Below, one piece after another: positions 22,923-33,943 of a DNA stretch of 64,000 nt. The translations under genes and the position numbers were made by a program. The notes below the pieces were generated by a model, which worked only from the letters and a program-made list of their open reading frames with translations, had not been told where the DNA came from and searched no databases. The stretch is from NCBI GenBank assembly GCA_013416795.1, contig RQSC01000002.1, positions 121,442 to 185,441 of the forward strand, in the 5' to 3' direction. The first letter of the stretch is position 1. Every line of letters starts with the position of its first letter. Source of the stretch: Prasinococcaceae sp. CCMP 1430 (Eukaryota; Plantae; Prasinodermophyta).

Positions 22923-24228
22923 CTTCCCCATCGTCTTCGTGGACGGCGACATGTCCAACCCGGTCGCCATCCCGGAGAGCGAGCTGCCACTGGTGCTGCC
23001 AGACACCGACAACTACAAACCCAACTCGGAGGGCGATCCGCCGCTGTCCAACTGCACCGAGTGGCTGAACACCACGGACCCGAGCGGCAGTGGCAAGCAA
23101 GCCGTGCGTGAGACCAATACCATGCCGCAGTGGGCGGGGTCCTGCTGGTACTACCTCCGTTTCTGCGACCCGGACAACGTGGGTGCGCCCATCGATCCCG
23201 AGAAGGAGAAGTACTGGCTGCCGGTCGACATGTACGTGGGCGGGGCCGAGCACGCCGTGCTGCACCTCCTCTACGCGCGCTTCTGGCACAAGGTGCTGTA
23301 CGACTGTGGCGTTGTTTCCACCAAGGAGCCCTTCCGGCGGCTGGTGAGCCAGGGCATGATCCTAGGTGAGGTCGAGTACACGGCCTACAAGAGTAGCGCG
23401 ACGGGCGAGTGGGTTGACTCCTCGCGCGCGGAGGAGGAGGGCGTTGAGGCGGTCAAGGTGGAGGCGAAGGACGTCGAAAAGTCGGGCAACGGCTACGTGC
23501 TGGCGGGGGCGGAGGGCGTCACCGTGGACAGCCGAGCGCACAAGATGTCCAAGAGCCGCGGCAACGTGATCAATCCCGATGACATTGTGAGCGAGTACGG
23601 CGCCGACTCGCTGCGCCTGTACGAGATGTTCATGGGGCCGCTCACGGACACCAAGGTCTGGAACACGCGTGACATCGAGGGCGTGCATCGCTTCCTGGCC
23701 AAGTGCTGGAGGCTCTTCGAGGGCGGGCTCACGGACGATGAGCCCACCAAAGACCAGCTGCGGGATCTGCACAAGTGCATCAAGAAGGTCGGTGAGGACA
23801 CCGAGGCGATGCGCTTCAACACGGCCATCTCGGCGATGATGGAGTTCGTCAACTCCGCACAGAAGTGGGACAACCGCCCGCGGGCGGCGCTCTCGCAGCT
23901 GCCGCTGCTTCTCGCCAGCTACGCCCCCCACATCGCCGAGGAGCTGTGGGCGCGCTGCGGCAACGAGGCCTCCCTCGCGTACGAGCCCTTCCCCGAGCTC
24001 GACGAGTCGCTACTCGTCGCTGATACCATCACGCTGCCGGTGCAGCTCATGGGCAAGACCAAGGGCACCATCGAGGTCCCTGCGGGCATCGACCAGGACG
24101 GCGCGCTCGCCGCCGCCAAGGCTGACGAGCGCATCGGCAAGATGCTCGAGGGCCAGAACATCGTCAAAGTCATCTGGGTGCCCGGCAAAATCCTGAACGT
24201 CATCACCCCGAAGCAGAAGAAGAAGTAA
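21676..24228 (+). CDS. leuS: Leucyl-tRNA synthetase, bacterial-type (plastid/mitochondrial); upstream exon not resolved
   Basis: [14 protein letters not shown] (HIGH), [10 protein letters not shown], editing domain [39 protein letters not shown]. The exon begins after a GCAG acceptor at 21675. Confidence 0.97.
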
Positions 24229-24708
24229 GGTGGATGGGGGTCTTGGGAAGACGCGCGAGTGCGGCGGCTGGCAAGCCCCTGTGAGCGGAGCCGGCGGCGC
24301 GCCAATTTTTTCTTCACGATTCGTACAGTAACACCTGTGTACCAGCTACCCCAGCCCAGAAGCTCGCGCCCCAGATGCTCGCGCCCCCGCGCTCGTGCAG
24401 CGCACGTGCGCGCCTCGTCCCGTGCACAAACGCGTGCTCTCGCGTGCCTCCCACGGTAGATCCATGAACCGACTCCAGGTGGCCGGGCTCGTTCGCGCGC
24501 GAGCGTGCAGTGGCTCAGTCAACTGCTGTGTACTGCGGCAGCTCTGAAACGGCAGGGCTGGCGGAGCACCAAAAGCGCGGGCGCACAGCTGCTGCAGCGG
24601 GGCCCGGCACACAGTGCGCGCGGCAGCCGCCTGCGCCCGGCCGGTGCGTCCGCCCTCCCGACAGTGGTGCGAGGTGCCTCTCCTTCCGCGCGGTGGAGGC
24701 CCCTGGCC

Positions 24709-25656
24709 ATGTCGATGCGCGCAGCGATTCGCTCGCGGCGCGGCATCGTCTTTGACGGCGCCGCGCCACTGCCGCGCGCGCCGAGGAAGGGCGAGGTCGC
24801 CGTCAAGGTGCAGGCCGCGAGCGCAAACCCAGTCGACTACAAGCTGCCGTCATTCGTTGCCGGCAAGGTCTCTGGGACGGACTTTGCGGGCGAGGTGACG
24901 GCCGTCGGCAAGAGCGTCACGGGGTTGAGCGTCGGCGATCAGGTGTTCGGATTTTGTTCCGGCAGCCACGCAGAGCACGCCGTCACCAAAGCAAGCGTAG
25001 TCGCGAAGCGCCCGTCATGGCTCAGGCCGCCGGTGGCCGCCACGCTGGGCGTCGCGTACTTGACAGGATTGCAGGGCTTGCGCGACAAATGCGAACTGCG
25101 AAAGGGTGGGTCGGTGCTGGTGATAGGTGCATCCGGCGGCTGCGGCGTTGCTGCGTGCCAGCTCGCACGTGCCATGGGTGCCTCTGAGGTCGTCGGCGTC
25201 TGCTCAAAAGCGAACGCGGGGCTCGCGACGCGCGCGGGTGCGACTCGCGTTGTCGACTACAAAACCACTGCGCTCGCCGAGGCTTGCGAAGCGGGCTCGT
25301 TCGATGTGATATATGACGCAGCGACGGGCTCGGGCGGCGGCGAGGCTTACACGAAGCAGGCGATGCCGCTGCTGAAGCCAAACGGCCAGTACTGCCAATT
25401 GAATGGATCGGCAGGGACTTGGATCCGGGGTCTGACTGGTCTCTTGCCGAAGGGGCAGCATCTGATCCTCACCAAGGCCGCCACGAGCGAATTGGAGGCG
25501 CTGCTCGAGTACATGAAACCCCCAACGAGCAGCGACGAGACGCCCCGCTTCGTACCTGAGCTCACTGAGCTGCCGCTAAGCGAGGAAGGCGTCGACGAGG
25601 CCTTCGCAACGCTCAAGAGCCGGCGCGCGAAAGGCAAGCTCGTCTTCGTCATGTGA
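24709..25656 (+). CDS. NAD(P)H-dependent quinone/alkenal oxidoreductase (zinc-free MDR; ceQORH/RTN4IP1-like)
   Basis: VKVQAASANPVDYK, GTDFAGEV, VLVIGASGGCG, SRRAKGKLV. Confidence 0.88.
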   Translation: MSMRAAIRSRRGIVFDGAAPLPRAPRKGEVAVKVQAASANPVDYKLPSFVAGKVSGTDFAGEVTAVGKSVTGLSVGDQVFGFCSGSHAEHAVTKASVVAKRPSWLRPPVAATLGVAYLTGLQGLRDKCELRKGGSVLVIGASGGCGVAACQLARAMGASEVVGVCSKANAGLATRAGATRVVDYKTTALAEACEAGSFDVIYDAATGSGGGEAYTKQAMPLLKPNGQYCQLNGSAGTWIRGLTGLLPKGQHLILTKAATSELEALLEYMKPPTSSDETPRFVPELTELPLSEEGVDEAFATLKSRRAKGKLVFVM

Positions 25657-25955
25657 GACGCCAAGCATGATAAACACGTGAAAGAGCCAAGCAAGAGCGT
25701 AGTCCTGCACCGCCGCTGGGTCCAAGAGACGGCCCCCCAAGAAACTAAGCGAGACCCAGGCTGCCGCAGACAGGCAGCGAAGAGTGCGCTCGTGCGCGTT
25801 TGGCACGCACTCATGCGAGCGCAGTACACAAGTTATTACTTTTTGTACACCTGACTTGGCCGCCTAGACGGCATCGAACGTTCGTGGTCGTTCCAGACGA
25901 TGTCGGCGGTGGCGGAGCTTTGATCCAGCTGCGAGTGGGCCTGGCGAAGCTCGCC

Positions 25956-28805
25956 TTAGCTACGCACCGAGCGCTTCTCGAGCCTCTCGATTGCTTCTCG
26001 TGCTTCCTTGAGGCCGTTGGTGGTCTCGTTGAGCTGGCGCACAAGGGCCGCGTTGCGGCGTTTCTCCTCATACACCTTCGTCTCGGCGGCCTGCCGGGCA
26101 CTAGCTTCCGCCTCGAAGCGCTGGCGCGCCACCTCTCGCGCGCGCTGCGTCTGTTGCAGCGCGTCACGCATCTCGGCAAGAATCCGCGTGGCGGTGTGCA
26201 GCGTGCGCATCATACGACCGCCAGGGCCGTACGTTCGCCACTCCGCCTCAACCTCGGAGGGCGCGCGCACCTCGTCGCGAACTGCATGTGTCGACGCGAT
26301 CTCTTTGCCTTCTTCCTCGGCGGCGAGCTCAGCGCCGGCTTGCGCGGAGAGCTGAAGAGCGTCTGAGAGCTTGCGTAGCTCAGCACGGTGAAGGCCGATT
26401 TCGTCTTTGGCAGCGATGTGGTCCTGCTCCAGTGCTTCGTGCCTTTTGATGCGCGCCTCTAATTTCATTTCGAGGTCGCGTTGGACCTTTGCGGCGGTGC
26501 GGCGGTACTCCTTGTACTGCCTGAGGTTGGCAGCGGAGTCCTCGCGCTCGCCGTCGATGGTGAGCTCGAGACTTTTCACGCGCGCGCGCGCGCGCTCATG
26601 GTCTTCGACCAGCTGTACATAGACCAGGTCGACCTGTCGCTTGGCGCGCGACGTTTCGGCGAGCTCACGGTCGGCGTCCCGCGCGCGCGTGTCGGCGGCG
26701 CCCAGGTCACGAGTAAGGCGTGCAGACTCATCAGCCTTCTCTTTCAACAGGTCGCCCATGCGCGCTACAGAGTCGCTCTTTTCGCGCAGGGACGCCTCGA
26801 GCGAGGTCACTCGCGCCTTTTCCGACCCGATCTCGTCCGCGAGGCGCGCCAGTCGCGACTCGGCGGCATTGGCACGCTGCGTCTGTGCGTGCAGCTCGTT
26901 TTCGAGGCGATTGCGCTCGTCGCATGCACGCAGCAGCCCCGTTTCACGGTGTTCAAGATCGGCGCGCGCGGCCTCGAGTGCGGCTTGGAGGCGTTCGCGC
27001 GCGCTGTTCGCGCGCTCGACTTCATTGTTCGCCGATCGTAGATCTCGCTCAGTTTCCCGCATCTTGTCAACCACGCGCTCGCGAGCATCCACCTCCGATC
27101 TGAGCGTCGCATTGAGCTCACGTATGGTCGCGTCGCGCGCTCGCACAACACCTTCCGTGCGCACGATTGCTTTCGCCAGTTTACGCTTTTCAAGCTCGAG
27201 CTTTGCCACCTCGGCATTGTGTTTGCTGCCCGATTCCGCCAAACGCGCCTCTGCTCTCGGGAGCGCGCCGCGCGCCGCGGCTATCTCGTCCTCCAGCGAC
27301 TCGCGGTCCTCCAACAGCACGCGCATCTCGGATTCGTACGCGAGCGCCTGCTTCGCCGCCACCAGCCGGAAGAAGTGCGTCCAAAGCGAACCCATCAGCG
27401 AGCCCCGCTCGCGGCATGTCGTCGAGACCTGTCGGCGCAGCTCATCGTATGCCACACAATACACAGCGATAGCACCATCGAGCACATCCGCGGGGGCGGG
27501 AGGGCCTGCGGTGCCCTCGGCAGAGGCCTCGATGGCACCATTCTCAGCCCCAGAAGACAGCTTTGCCGAGTTTGGCGCACGCACGTCCTCCTTCAGAGTC
27601 CCCCCCTTGCGCGCGCCGATGTTGCTTGCAAGCCGCCTTCGCGCATCCGCAGGCATGGCGACCTCAGCGAGCATGTCTGCGGTCCAGCGCTCCAGCAGCG
27701 CGACGTCCTCGCGGCTCGTAGGAGCGACGGCTGGGAAAGCGCAACGCATAAAGCCCCCAACGGCTACGCCAGGACCGTGCGCGACGCGACCGTCGGGCCC
27801 GAAGGAAACACTTGCCGTAGCGCCGTCGATGTCTCCAGAAAGTGCGTAGGTCTCGCCCGGCAGCGCGATGGGCGTCGTTTGCGCGTAAGTAAGCAGCGAG
27901 TGCACCCACTGCACGGCCTGAGTGGATGGATCGCCCCCTTTGCTCCGCCAGCGCGATGGCATGATTGGTGCACAATCACCTTCCGTGGCGGCCGCGCCTG
28001 CCAAGGCATGCCTTTGGCTTTCGTGCGACGCACCAAGCGGCGGCAGGGCGTCCGCGCGTTTTGCAGGGCTTCCAGCAGCACCGCTGTCAGACCGGTCTTG
28101 CTGCCCCTGCCCTCGCGGTTCGTGCGGCTCTTGCCGCGCCTGAGGCTTGTGTGTGGGCTGTCTTGCCGGTAGTAGGGACTTGCCGTCGGCTCGACGCGCG
28201 CGCTGCGCAAGCACCTGCACGCATTGGGCTTCAACAGCGATCATATCGGCCACGCGCTCGTCGAGCGCCTGCATGCAGCTTGAGAGACGTGCGAGCGTCC
28301 TGTTCCGGCTTGTGCGCGCGCTTTCCCTCGGTGTGCCGCCGGCGATATCAGCAGCGGCGAGCTCTCTCTTCTTGATAGCACCGGCGCGTGCGACTGCGTC
28401 GAAATCCGCTGGCATGACTCTCTCAATAGCTGCCGTCGCGGCGAGCGTGGCAGCGAGGCTATCTCCCGGTGGCCGCGAAACAGCGCGCTGCCGCTCGGCG
28501 GCGAGCGACCGCCACCGAGGGACACCCGCCTCGATCCCAGGCCTTCGGCGCTCCTTGCACGCGCGCTCAATGCGAGACCAGGCCTCATCCAGCGCCTCGT
28601 CGTGCGTGTCACGAAGCGGGGCCGTGTGCGCACCAAACGCGGCGATTGCCGCCGCCGACTGCTCATCGTTCTCGCCGTGCCGCACATGTGCTGCGTTAGT
28701 GGTCTGCACGAGAGCACAAGCCTCCTTGGGCGCGCCCCCCAGCTCGTGTTCGAGGCTGGTCATGCCTTGCGCAGTTGCTGCCGAGTGCAGCTGTATCGCC
28801 GCCAT
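25956..28805 (-). CDS. Axonemal dynein light-chain (p28-like) domain plus long coiled coil, AXDND1-like
   Basis: PTSREDVALLERWTADML...VYCVAYDELRRQVSTTCRERGSLM matches the Ax_dynein_light motif. About 450 aa of heptad coiled coil follow. Confidence 0.72.
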   Translation of the reverse strand: MAAIQLHSAATAQGMTSLEHELGGAPKEACALVQTTNAAHVRHGENDEQSAAAIAAFGAHTAPLRDTHDEALDEAWSRIERACKERRRPGIEAGVPRWRSLAAERQRAVSRPPGDSLAATLAATAAIERVMPADFDAVARAGAIKKRELAAADIAGGTPRESARTSRNRTLARLSSCMQALDERVADMIAVEAQCVQVLAQRARRADGKSLLPARQPTHKPQARQEPHEPRGQGQQDRSDSGAAGSPAKRADALPPLGASHESQRHALAGAAATEGDCAPIMPSRWRSKGGDPSTQAVQWVHSLLTYAQTTPIALPGETYALSGDIDGATASVSFGPDGRVAHGPGVAVGGFMRCAFPAVAPTSREDVALLERWTADMLAEVAMPADARRRLASNIGARKGGTLKEDVRAPNSAKLSSGAENGAIEASAEGTAGPPAPADVLDGAIAVYCVAYDELRRQVSTTCRERGSLMGSLWTHFFRLVAAKQALAYESEMRVLLEDRESLEDEIAAARGALPRAEARLAESGSKHNAEVAKLELEKRKLAKAIVRTEGVVRARDATIRELNATLRSEVDARERVVDKMRETERDLRSANNEVERANSARERLQAALEAARADLEHRETGLLRACDERNRLENELHAQTQRANAAESRLARLADEIGSEKARVTSLEASLREKSDSVARMGDLLKEKADESARLTRDLGAADTRARDADRELAETSRAKRQVDLVYVQLVEDHERARARVKSLELTIDGEREDSAANLRQYKEYRRTAAKVQRDLEMKLEARIKRHEALEQDHIAAKDEIGLHRAELRKLSDALQLSAQAGAELAAEEEGKEIASTHAVRDEVRAPSEVEAEWRTYGPGGRMMRTLHTATRILAEMRDALQQTQRAREVARQRFEAEASARQAAETKVYEEKRRNAALVRQLNETTNGLKEAREAIERLEKRSVRS

Positions 28806-29122
28806 CGCAGTCACCCGCGGCGAAGCTGTTGTGCCCGCCGCACTTGCGCCTTCTCGCGCCTCGGCGCGCCCCTTCAATTTGGAAGGCGCGGTCGGTGCGC
28901 AGGGCGGCGGGCCGGCGCCCCCCCNNNNNNNNNNNNNNNNNNNNNNNNNNNNNNNNNNNNNNNNNNNNNNNNNNNNNNNNNNNNNNNNNNNNNNNNNNNN
29001 NNNNNNNNNNNNNNNNNNNNNNNNNNNNNNNNNNNNNNNNNNNNNNNNNNNNNNNNNNNNNNNNNNNNNNNNNNNNNNNNNNNNNNNNNNNNNNNNNNNN
29101 AACGAGCCGCGCGCTCGTGCCG

Positions 29123-30814
29123 ATGGAGACGCAGCCGCACGCGAACGCGCCGGGGGCCCCGCAGGCGGTGCTCCTGGTGGGATGCTGCGAGTGGGAGGCC
29201 GCCGCCGCCGCCGGGGGCGCGGCAGCGACGGCCGCCAACCCCCCCGCAGGCGGGGCGGGGGCCGGCGCGGCCGCAGTGGACAGCCTCGTGACGCTTGCGC
29301 TGAGCCGCGGCGCGCCGGCGCTCCTTCCCGTCGGCAATGTGCCGTTGCTCGAGTACTCGCTGCGCATGCTCGCCAAAGTGCGCACCTCCTCGGTGCTCGT
29401 GCTTGTCGCTGGGGAGGCCGCAGCCAAGAGCGTCTCCGCGTACGTTTCGGAGCGTGCGCGCACGGACAAGGACAAGCAGCAGGTGGAGGTTATCGCAATG
29501 CCTGAGGAATGCGGGTCGGCGGAGGCGCTCAGGCGCGTCGGGGGCAAGCTGCACGCTGGTGAGGTGATCGTGGTGGGGGGGGATGTTGTGACCGGCGTGA
29601 GCCTACGCGAAGTCCTCGCAATGCATCGCGAGCGCGGCGCGGCGCTGTCGTCGATGTACGCGCCCGCGCGCTCCAAGAGCAACGACCCCAAGGCCAAGCG
29701 CAGCCCCGCGGACTTGGTCGGCGTGCTGAGCGGGCGCGGGAGCGGCGGCGGCGCCACGCAGCTGCTCTTCTCCGCACCGGGGCCCCGTTCCGGCGGCGGC
29801 GACGGCGCCCTGCGTCTGCGCCGTGCGGTGGCGCGCGCTGCAGGCTCGATGCGCATCCGCACAGACCTCTTCGACGCGCACGTACATGTCCTCAGCCGCG
29901 ACGCGCTGGCCGTGCTGGAGTCGCGCCCGGCCATCCGCAGCATCCGCGAAGATCTCGTGCCACTTCTCACCCGCCACCAGATCGACGATGGGTTTCCGGA
30001 GAGCCTCGTGCTGCCGCTGACGGACGTCGACGCTGCCGACGCAGGCGCGGCCGAGGATGGCGGCGCCAAGGGCGGGAAGAGCGGCGCGGACGGCGCCGAT
30101 GGCGGCGCGGACGTCGGTGTCGAGGACGCGGCCGCGATGCAGGAATCGCCCTCGCCCTCGCCGGCTCTGTCGCGTCAGGACTCAGCGGCGGACGTCACGC
30201 GCAAGGCGGCAAAGGATAGCATGGCGCACCTACGGGATCAGTTGCAGCAGATCGGTGGGCGCAGGGCCGTCGGGGGCTGCTGGGCGTACATTGTCACCGC
30301 GGCGGGCGCAAGTGAAGATGCCGAGGCGCAGGCGGGCACGTACTGCGCGGTGGTGGGCTCCTACGAGGCATACCTCGAGGCGAATCGCGACCTTGCGGGC
30401 CCCGCGGTGGGGCTTACCGGCCACGAGGTCACCGCACGGGACAACGTGCTCCATCCGAGCGTGCGGCTCGGGCAGCGCTGCACCGTGGGCGCTGCGTGCA
30501 TCGTGGGCGAGGGGTGCGTGCTCGGCGACAAGACCTCCGTGAAACGCAGCGTCATCGGGGCCAATTGCAAGCTCGGCAACGGCGTGAAGATCATCAACGC
30601 CGTCCTGCACGATGGCGTCAACGTTGGGGATGGCGTCACGATTCAGGGCAGCGTGGTCGCCAACGACGCCCACCTGATGGAGAAGGCGGTCATCAAGGAG
30701 TGCCAGGTCGGGGAGGGCTTCGTGGCCGCCTCAGGGATCGAGTACAAAGGCGAACTTTTGGCCAAGCGCGACGTCGTTGCGAGGCGCCCAAGCGCGATGA
30801 GCAACGCAGAGTAG
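29123..30814 (+). CDS. EIF2B3: Translation initiation factor eIF2B gamma subunit
   Basis: QAVLL, ALLPVGNVPLLEYSL, GSAEALR, IRTDLFDAHVHVL, SIREDLVPLL, and a C-terminal hexapeptide LbH region (TSVKRSVIGANCKLG). Confidence 0.88.
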   Translation: METQPHANAPGAPQAVLLVGCCEWEAAAAAGGAAATAANPPAGGAGAGAAAVDSLVTLALSRGAPALLPVGNVPLLEYSLRMLAKVRTSSVLVLVAGEAAAKSVSAYVSERARTDKDKQQVEVIAMPEECGSAEALRRVGGKLHAGEVIVVGGDVVTGVSLREVLAMHRERGAALSSMYAPARSKSNDPKAKRSPADLVGVLSGRGSGGGATQLLFSAPGPRSGGGDGALRLRRAVARAAGSMRIRTDLFDAHVHVLSRDALAVLESRPAIRSIREDLVPLLTRHQIDDGFPESLVLPLTDVDAADAGAAEDGGAKGGKSGADGADGGADVGVEDAAAMQESPSPSPALSRQDSAADVTRKAAKDSMAHLRDQLQQIGGRRAVGGCWAYIVTAAGASEDAEAQAGTYCAVVGSYEAYLEANRDLAGPAVGLTGHEVTARDNVLHPSVRLGQRCTVGAACIVGEGCVLGDKTSVKRSVIGANCKLGNGVKIINAVLHDGVNVGDGVTIQGSVVANDAHLMEKAVIKECQVGEGFVAASGIEYKGELLAKRDVVARRPSAMSNAE

Positions 30815-30954
30815 GCAGGGGGACACCGTCGCTGCCCACCCTGCGATCGCTGCGCCGCTCGCTCGCGGCGACGAGCGGGGCCGTCTGTCACAGCATCTTT
30901 TCACGCACGCATCACCTACTAGGTACATTACATCGCGATGAAATCATTGCGCGC

Positions 30955-32936
30955 TCAGCTCATCTTGAGCACACATCGCCTGAATGAGTCAACGCTGCAG
31001 TGGCCGGCCGCCTGCCCGTCCATGCTCTCCGCCGCCGCAAACACCTCGTCGAAGTTGGGCACGTCGATCCCCGAGCCCTCGAAGAGCTCCTTCATCGCGT
31101 CCTTGTCGAGCACCTGGAGATAGTCCTCCTCCGCCACGTTGGGATTGTCCCCCGTGTACAGCAGGTGGGACGCGTTGGGCTCGTTGCCGTAATTTCGAAC
31201 GTCGGCGACCGACCTTGTCGACGGCGCGGGGATGTCCGTGCGAATGCTGGGCACGCCGTAGGAGCGGTCCTCCCCACCGACGTTGCGAAAGCCCCTGCGC
31301 AATGACTTTCCCAGGTTCGCGTCGGGCATCTGCTCCTCGATGGAGTAGTCGCCCACGATGAGCTCCCCCACACTCCACTCTTTCGTCCCGCTGCGTCGGC
31401 TGGGCACGCCGAAAGTGTGGGCATCGTCCGGCCGGCCGGCGCCGTGGCAGCCGAGCGTCTTGCAGCGTCCGAGCTCGTCCGCGTCCGCCAATTTGAAGTC
31501 CTCAATGCGCTTTGAAACGATGGTGGCATTGAGACCTTTGCCGTCGAGCGTAGGGTTGAGCGCCTTCGCCACGCCATCCGTGTGCTTCTCGCGCGCCGCC
31601 ATGCCGAAAGAGTGCGTCGCAGGGTCGATGTTCGCCGCTGCCCAATCGTACCCACGGCGGCGCTGCTCGCCGGGGTAATAGTCGCCGTGCGTGAGCACGT
31701 ACTGCTGGTGCTCGGTCGAAGCCGCGTCGGCCTCGGGCGCGCCCCCGCTGCTCTCGGCGGGGAATATGATCTTGAGCGCCTCGTTCGCCTTCGATTTCTC
31801 TACGGCACCCACCGGCCGCCCGAAGGGCACCTCCTCGCCCATGCCCTGGGGCAGCACGTGCCCGCGGTTCATTGACTTCCCGAGTGGCTCAAGCTTGGAC
31901 GAGTGATAGATGTCCTCCTGCCGCTCGAGCCGCCATCGCATCAGCTGCGACTTTGGGTACGACGCGATGACGTTGCCAACGCCCTCGCCAGGCTCGTTGA
32001 CCATGCCGAACGCCCCGTTCTCAGGCTGCGGCACGGGGTCGTCAGCAGCGCCCCAGTGCTTGCTGATGGCGCCAGGCTTGTGCTGCGCGCTCTTGCGGTA
32101 CCTGGAAGAGCATAGGCGGGAAGGGAGCAGGGCGCAGCGCGTCAGCGCGGGCGGCGCAGCGCGCAGAGCCAGGGGCGCAGCCGGCTGCGCGTCGGCATTT
32201 GCGGTACGGGCGAAGAACAGGGTTCGACCCGACGCGCGCGCGCGCGAGGAGCTGACGCAGGAGCAAGAGGCCCACGCGAGCGCGCCGCAGCCCGCCCCCC
32301 TGCGCGTGCGGGTCGTGAATTCGTGCCATGTTCGACCACGGCGGTGGGCGCCAGGCTCACCGGGGGCGCGCGGGGTGGCCTGTCTGGCGAGTCACACGCG
32401 CCCATCCCAACGGCGAGCGCGCGCCTCGCCCGAAAAAAGCGGAAAAGAGAGGGGGGGGGACACGCGCGGGACCGCGGGCGGCATGCACGCCGCGCGCGAG
32501 GCCGTCGTCGAGGCGTGCGGCTTTGTCGGGGTCGCGGAGGTTGACGGAGTGCGCTTCCGCGAGGGAGGCGGCCCGTCCACGCGAGCGAGCCTCCACGAGA
32601 GCTCCACCGGCTCTCTCGCTGCGGAGAGGCTCGTTGCGCTTGCGGCCGTGGCCGCGCCCGAGGCAAAGCTGCGCGCGCCTGCACCCGCCCCCCTCCGTGA
32701 TTCCCGCCTCGCGCGCTCTCGCCCACCCGCTCGCGTGTGCGCGAGTGGGTCCCGCCCTCGCCCTGTGCGCGTTGCGGCGCGACGCACTTCCTGATCTCAG
32801 CGGGCGTCTGCGGGCGCTCCATGCCGACATCCTGCTGCACGCACTGCTGTGCGCCCTCCGTGTTGAGGGCGCTCGCGCGGCCCGCGGCGGGCAGGTCGGG
32901 GTGCGTGTCGATGCCCATCTTCATACCTGCCGCCAT
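30955..32936 (-). CDS. EFHB: EF-hand domain-containing family member B (CFAP21/FAP21), ciliary microtubule inner protein
   Basis: Exon 1 32936-32788, intron 32787-32102, exon 2 to 30955. Motifs EPLGKS..RG..LP, YYPGEQRRRGYDW, YGVPSIRTDIPAP..RSVAD..NYGNE, CSVDSFR. Confidence 0.8.
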
Positions 32937-33943
32937 CGCCGCCGTGGGTGGGTGGCCCCCCAGAGCGGCGGCGCACCCGGTGGGCGCTGCACGCGCGGCC
33001 TGTGGCGCGCGCGCCGCGCACCCCCCCCCCGGCGCACGCGCCCAGCCGCGCGCGCGCGCGGGAGAGATCCCCCGCGATGGTCGGATTCAAACCACATCCG
33101 CTGCCATCCAATTTCCCCAAACTATACCCCTAACAAGCAACGTCGCCATCCGCGTTCGGACCGTGGGAGCACCGGGGTCAGGGATGGGCCGCCCCGGGTC
33201 TCACGACGGGTTCAAGAAAGTTTTTTTTTTTCGCGCGCGTGTGCGCGGCGTTGCCGCCACTGCGCGCACGCGCGCGTGTGTGCCCCCCCCACCCCACCCC
33301 ACCCCACCCCCACGCACACACGTGCGCGCGCGCACGCGGCAGCGCGCGGGACAGAAGAGGGAGGGAGGCGCAGCGCGGCGCGTCGCCTCGCCTTCCGGCA
33401 CAGGCGCCAGCTCCAGTGTCGCAACCGCCAGCGCCAGTGTCGCAGGCTCTCGCCCGCCCCCGCACCGCGCCCCCACACCGACCCCCCCTCCCGAGGGGAA
33501 CCAACAACAAAACGTTTGACTGGCCACCATCCCGCGCGCCCACCCGTGTCTGAACCAACGGCAAATCTCAAAATTCCCAACACTGGCAGTCGGCGCCCGT
33601 TCGGGGAACCGCGCGGGGGGAACCCGCGCTCGTCGCCGCGCGGCCGCGCGCGAAAAGGGACGAGACAAAGGCGAAGCGAGCGCGCGGCTGGTCAGATCCC
33701 ATGCGCGCGCCCGCGCCCGCGCCGCGCGCTCGGAGCTCTCCCGTGGCCTTTAAAGTCCACCGCGGCAATGCGGCGACGGCGGACCACCGCAGCCGCGCGG
33801 CCCGGCCGCAGCGCGGGATGCGCGCAGGCGGCCCATGGCGAGCGCGTTCGCCTGGCCGCGCGCCGCCGCCGGTCGGGGGGTAAAGGGGGGGGGGGGAGGG
33901 GAGTGCCTTGCCACAAGCCACAATCATTAAATGGTCGCTCGCC

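Noticed and set aside
25830-25970. Extra 3' exon for the AXDND1-like gene via a 39-nt GTGCGT..CAG intron
   Set aside because: The intron would be far shorter than any other here. It cannot be supported without transcripts.
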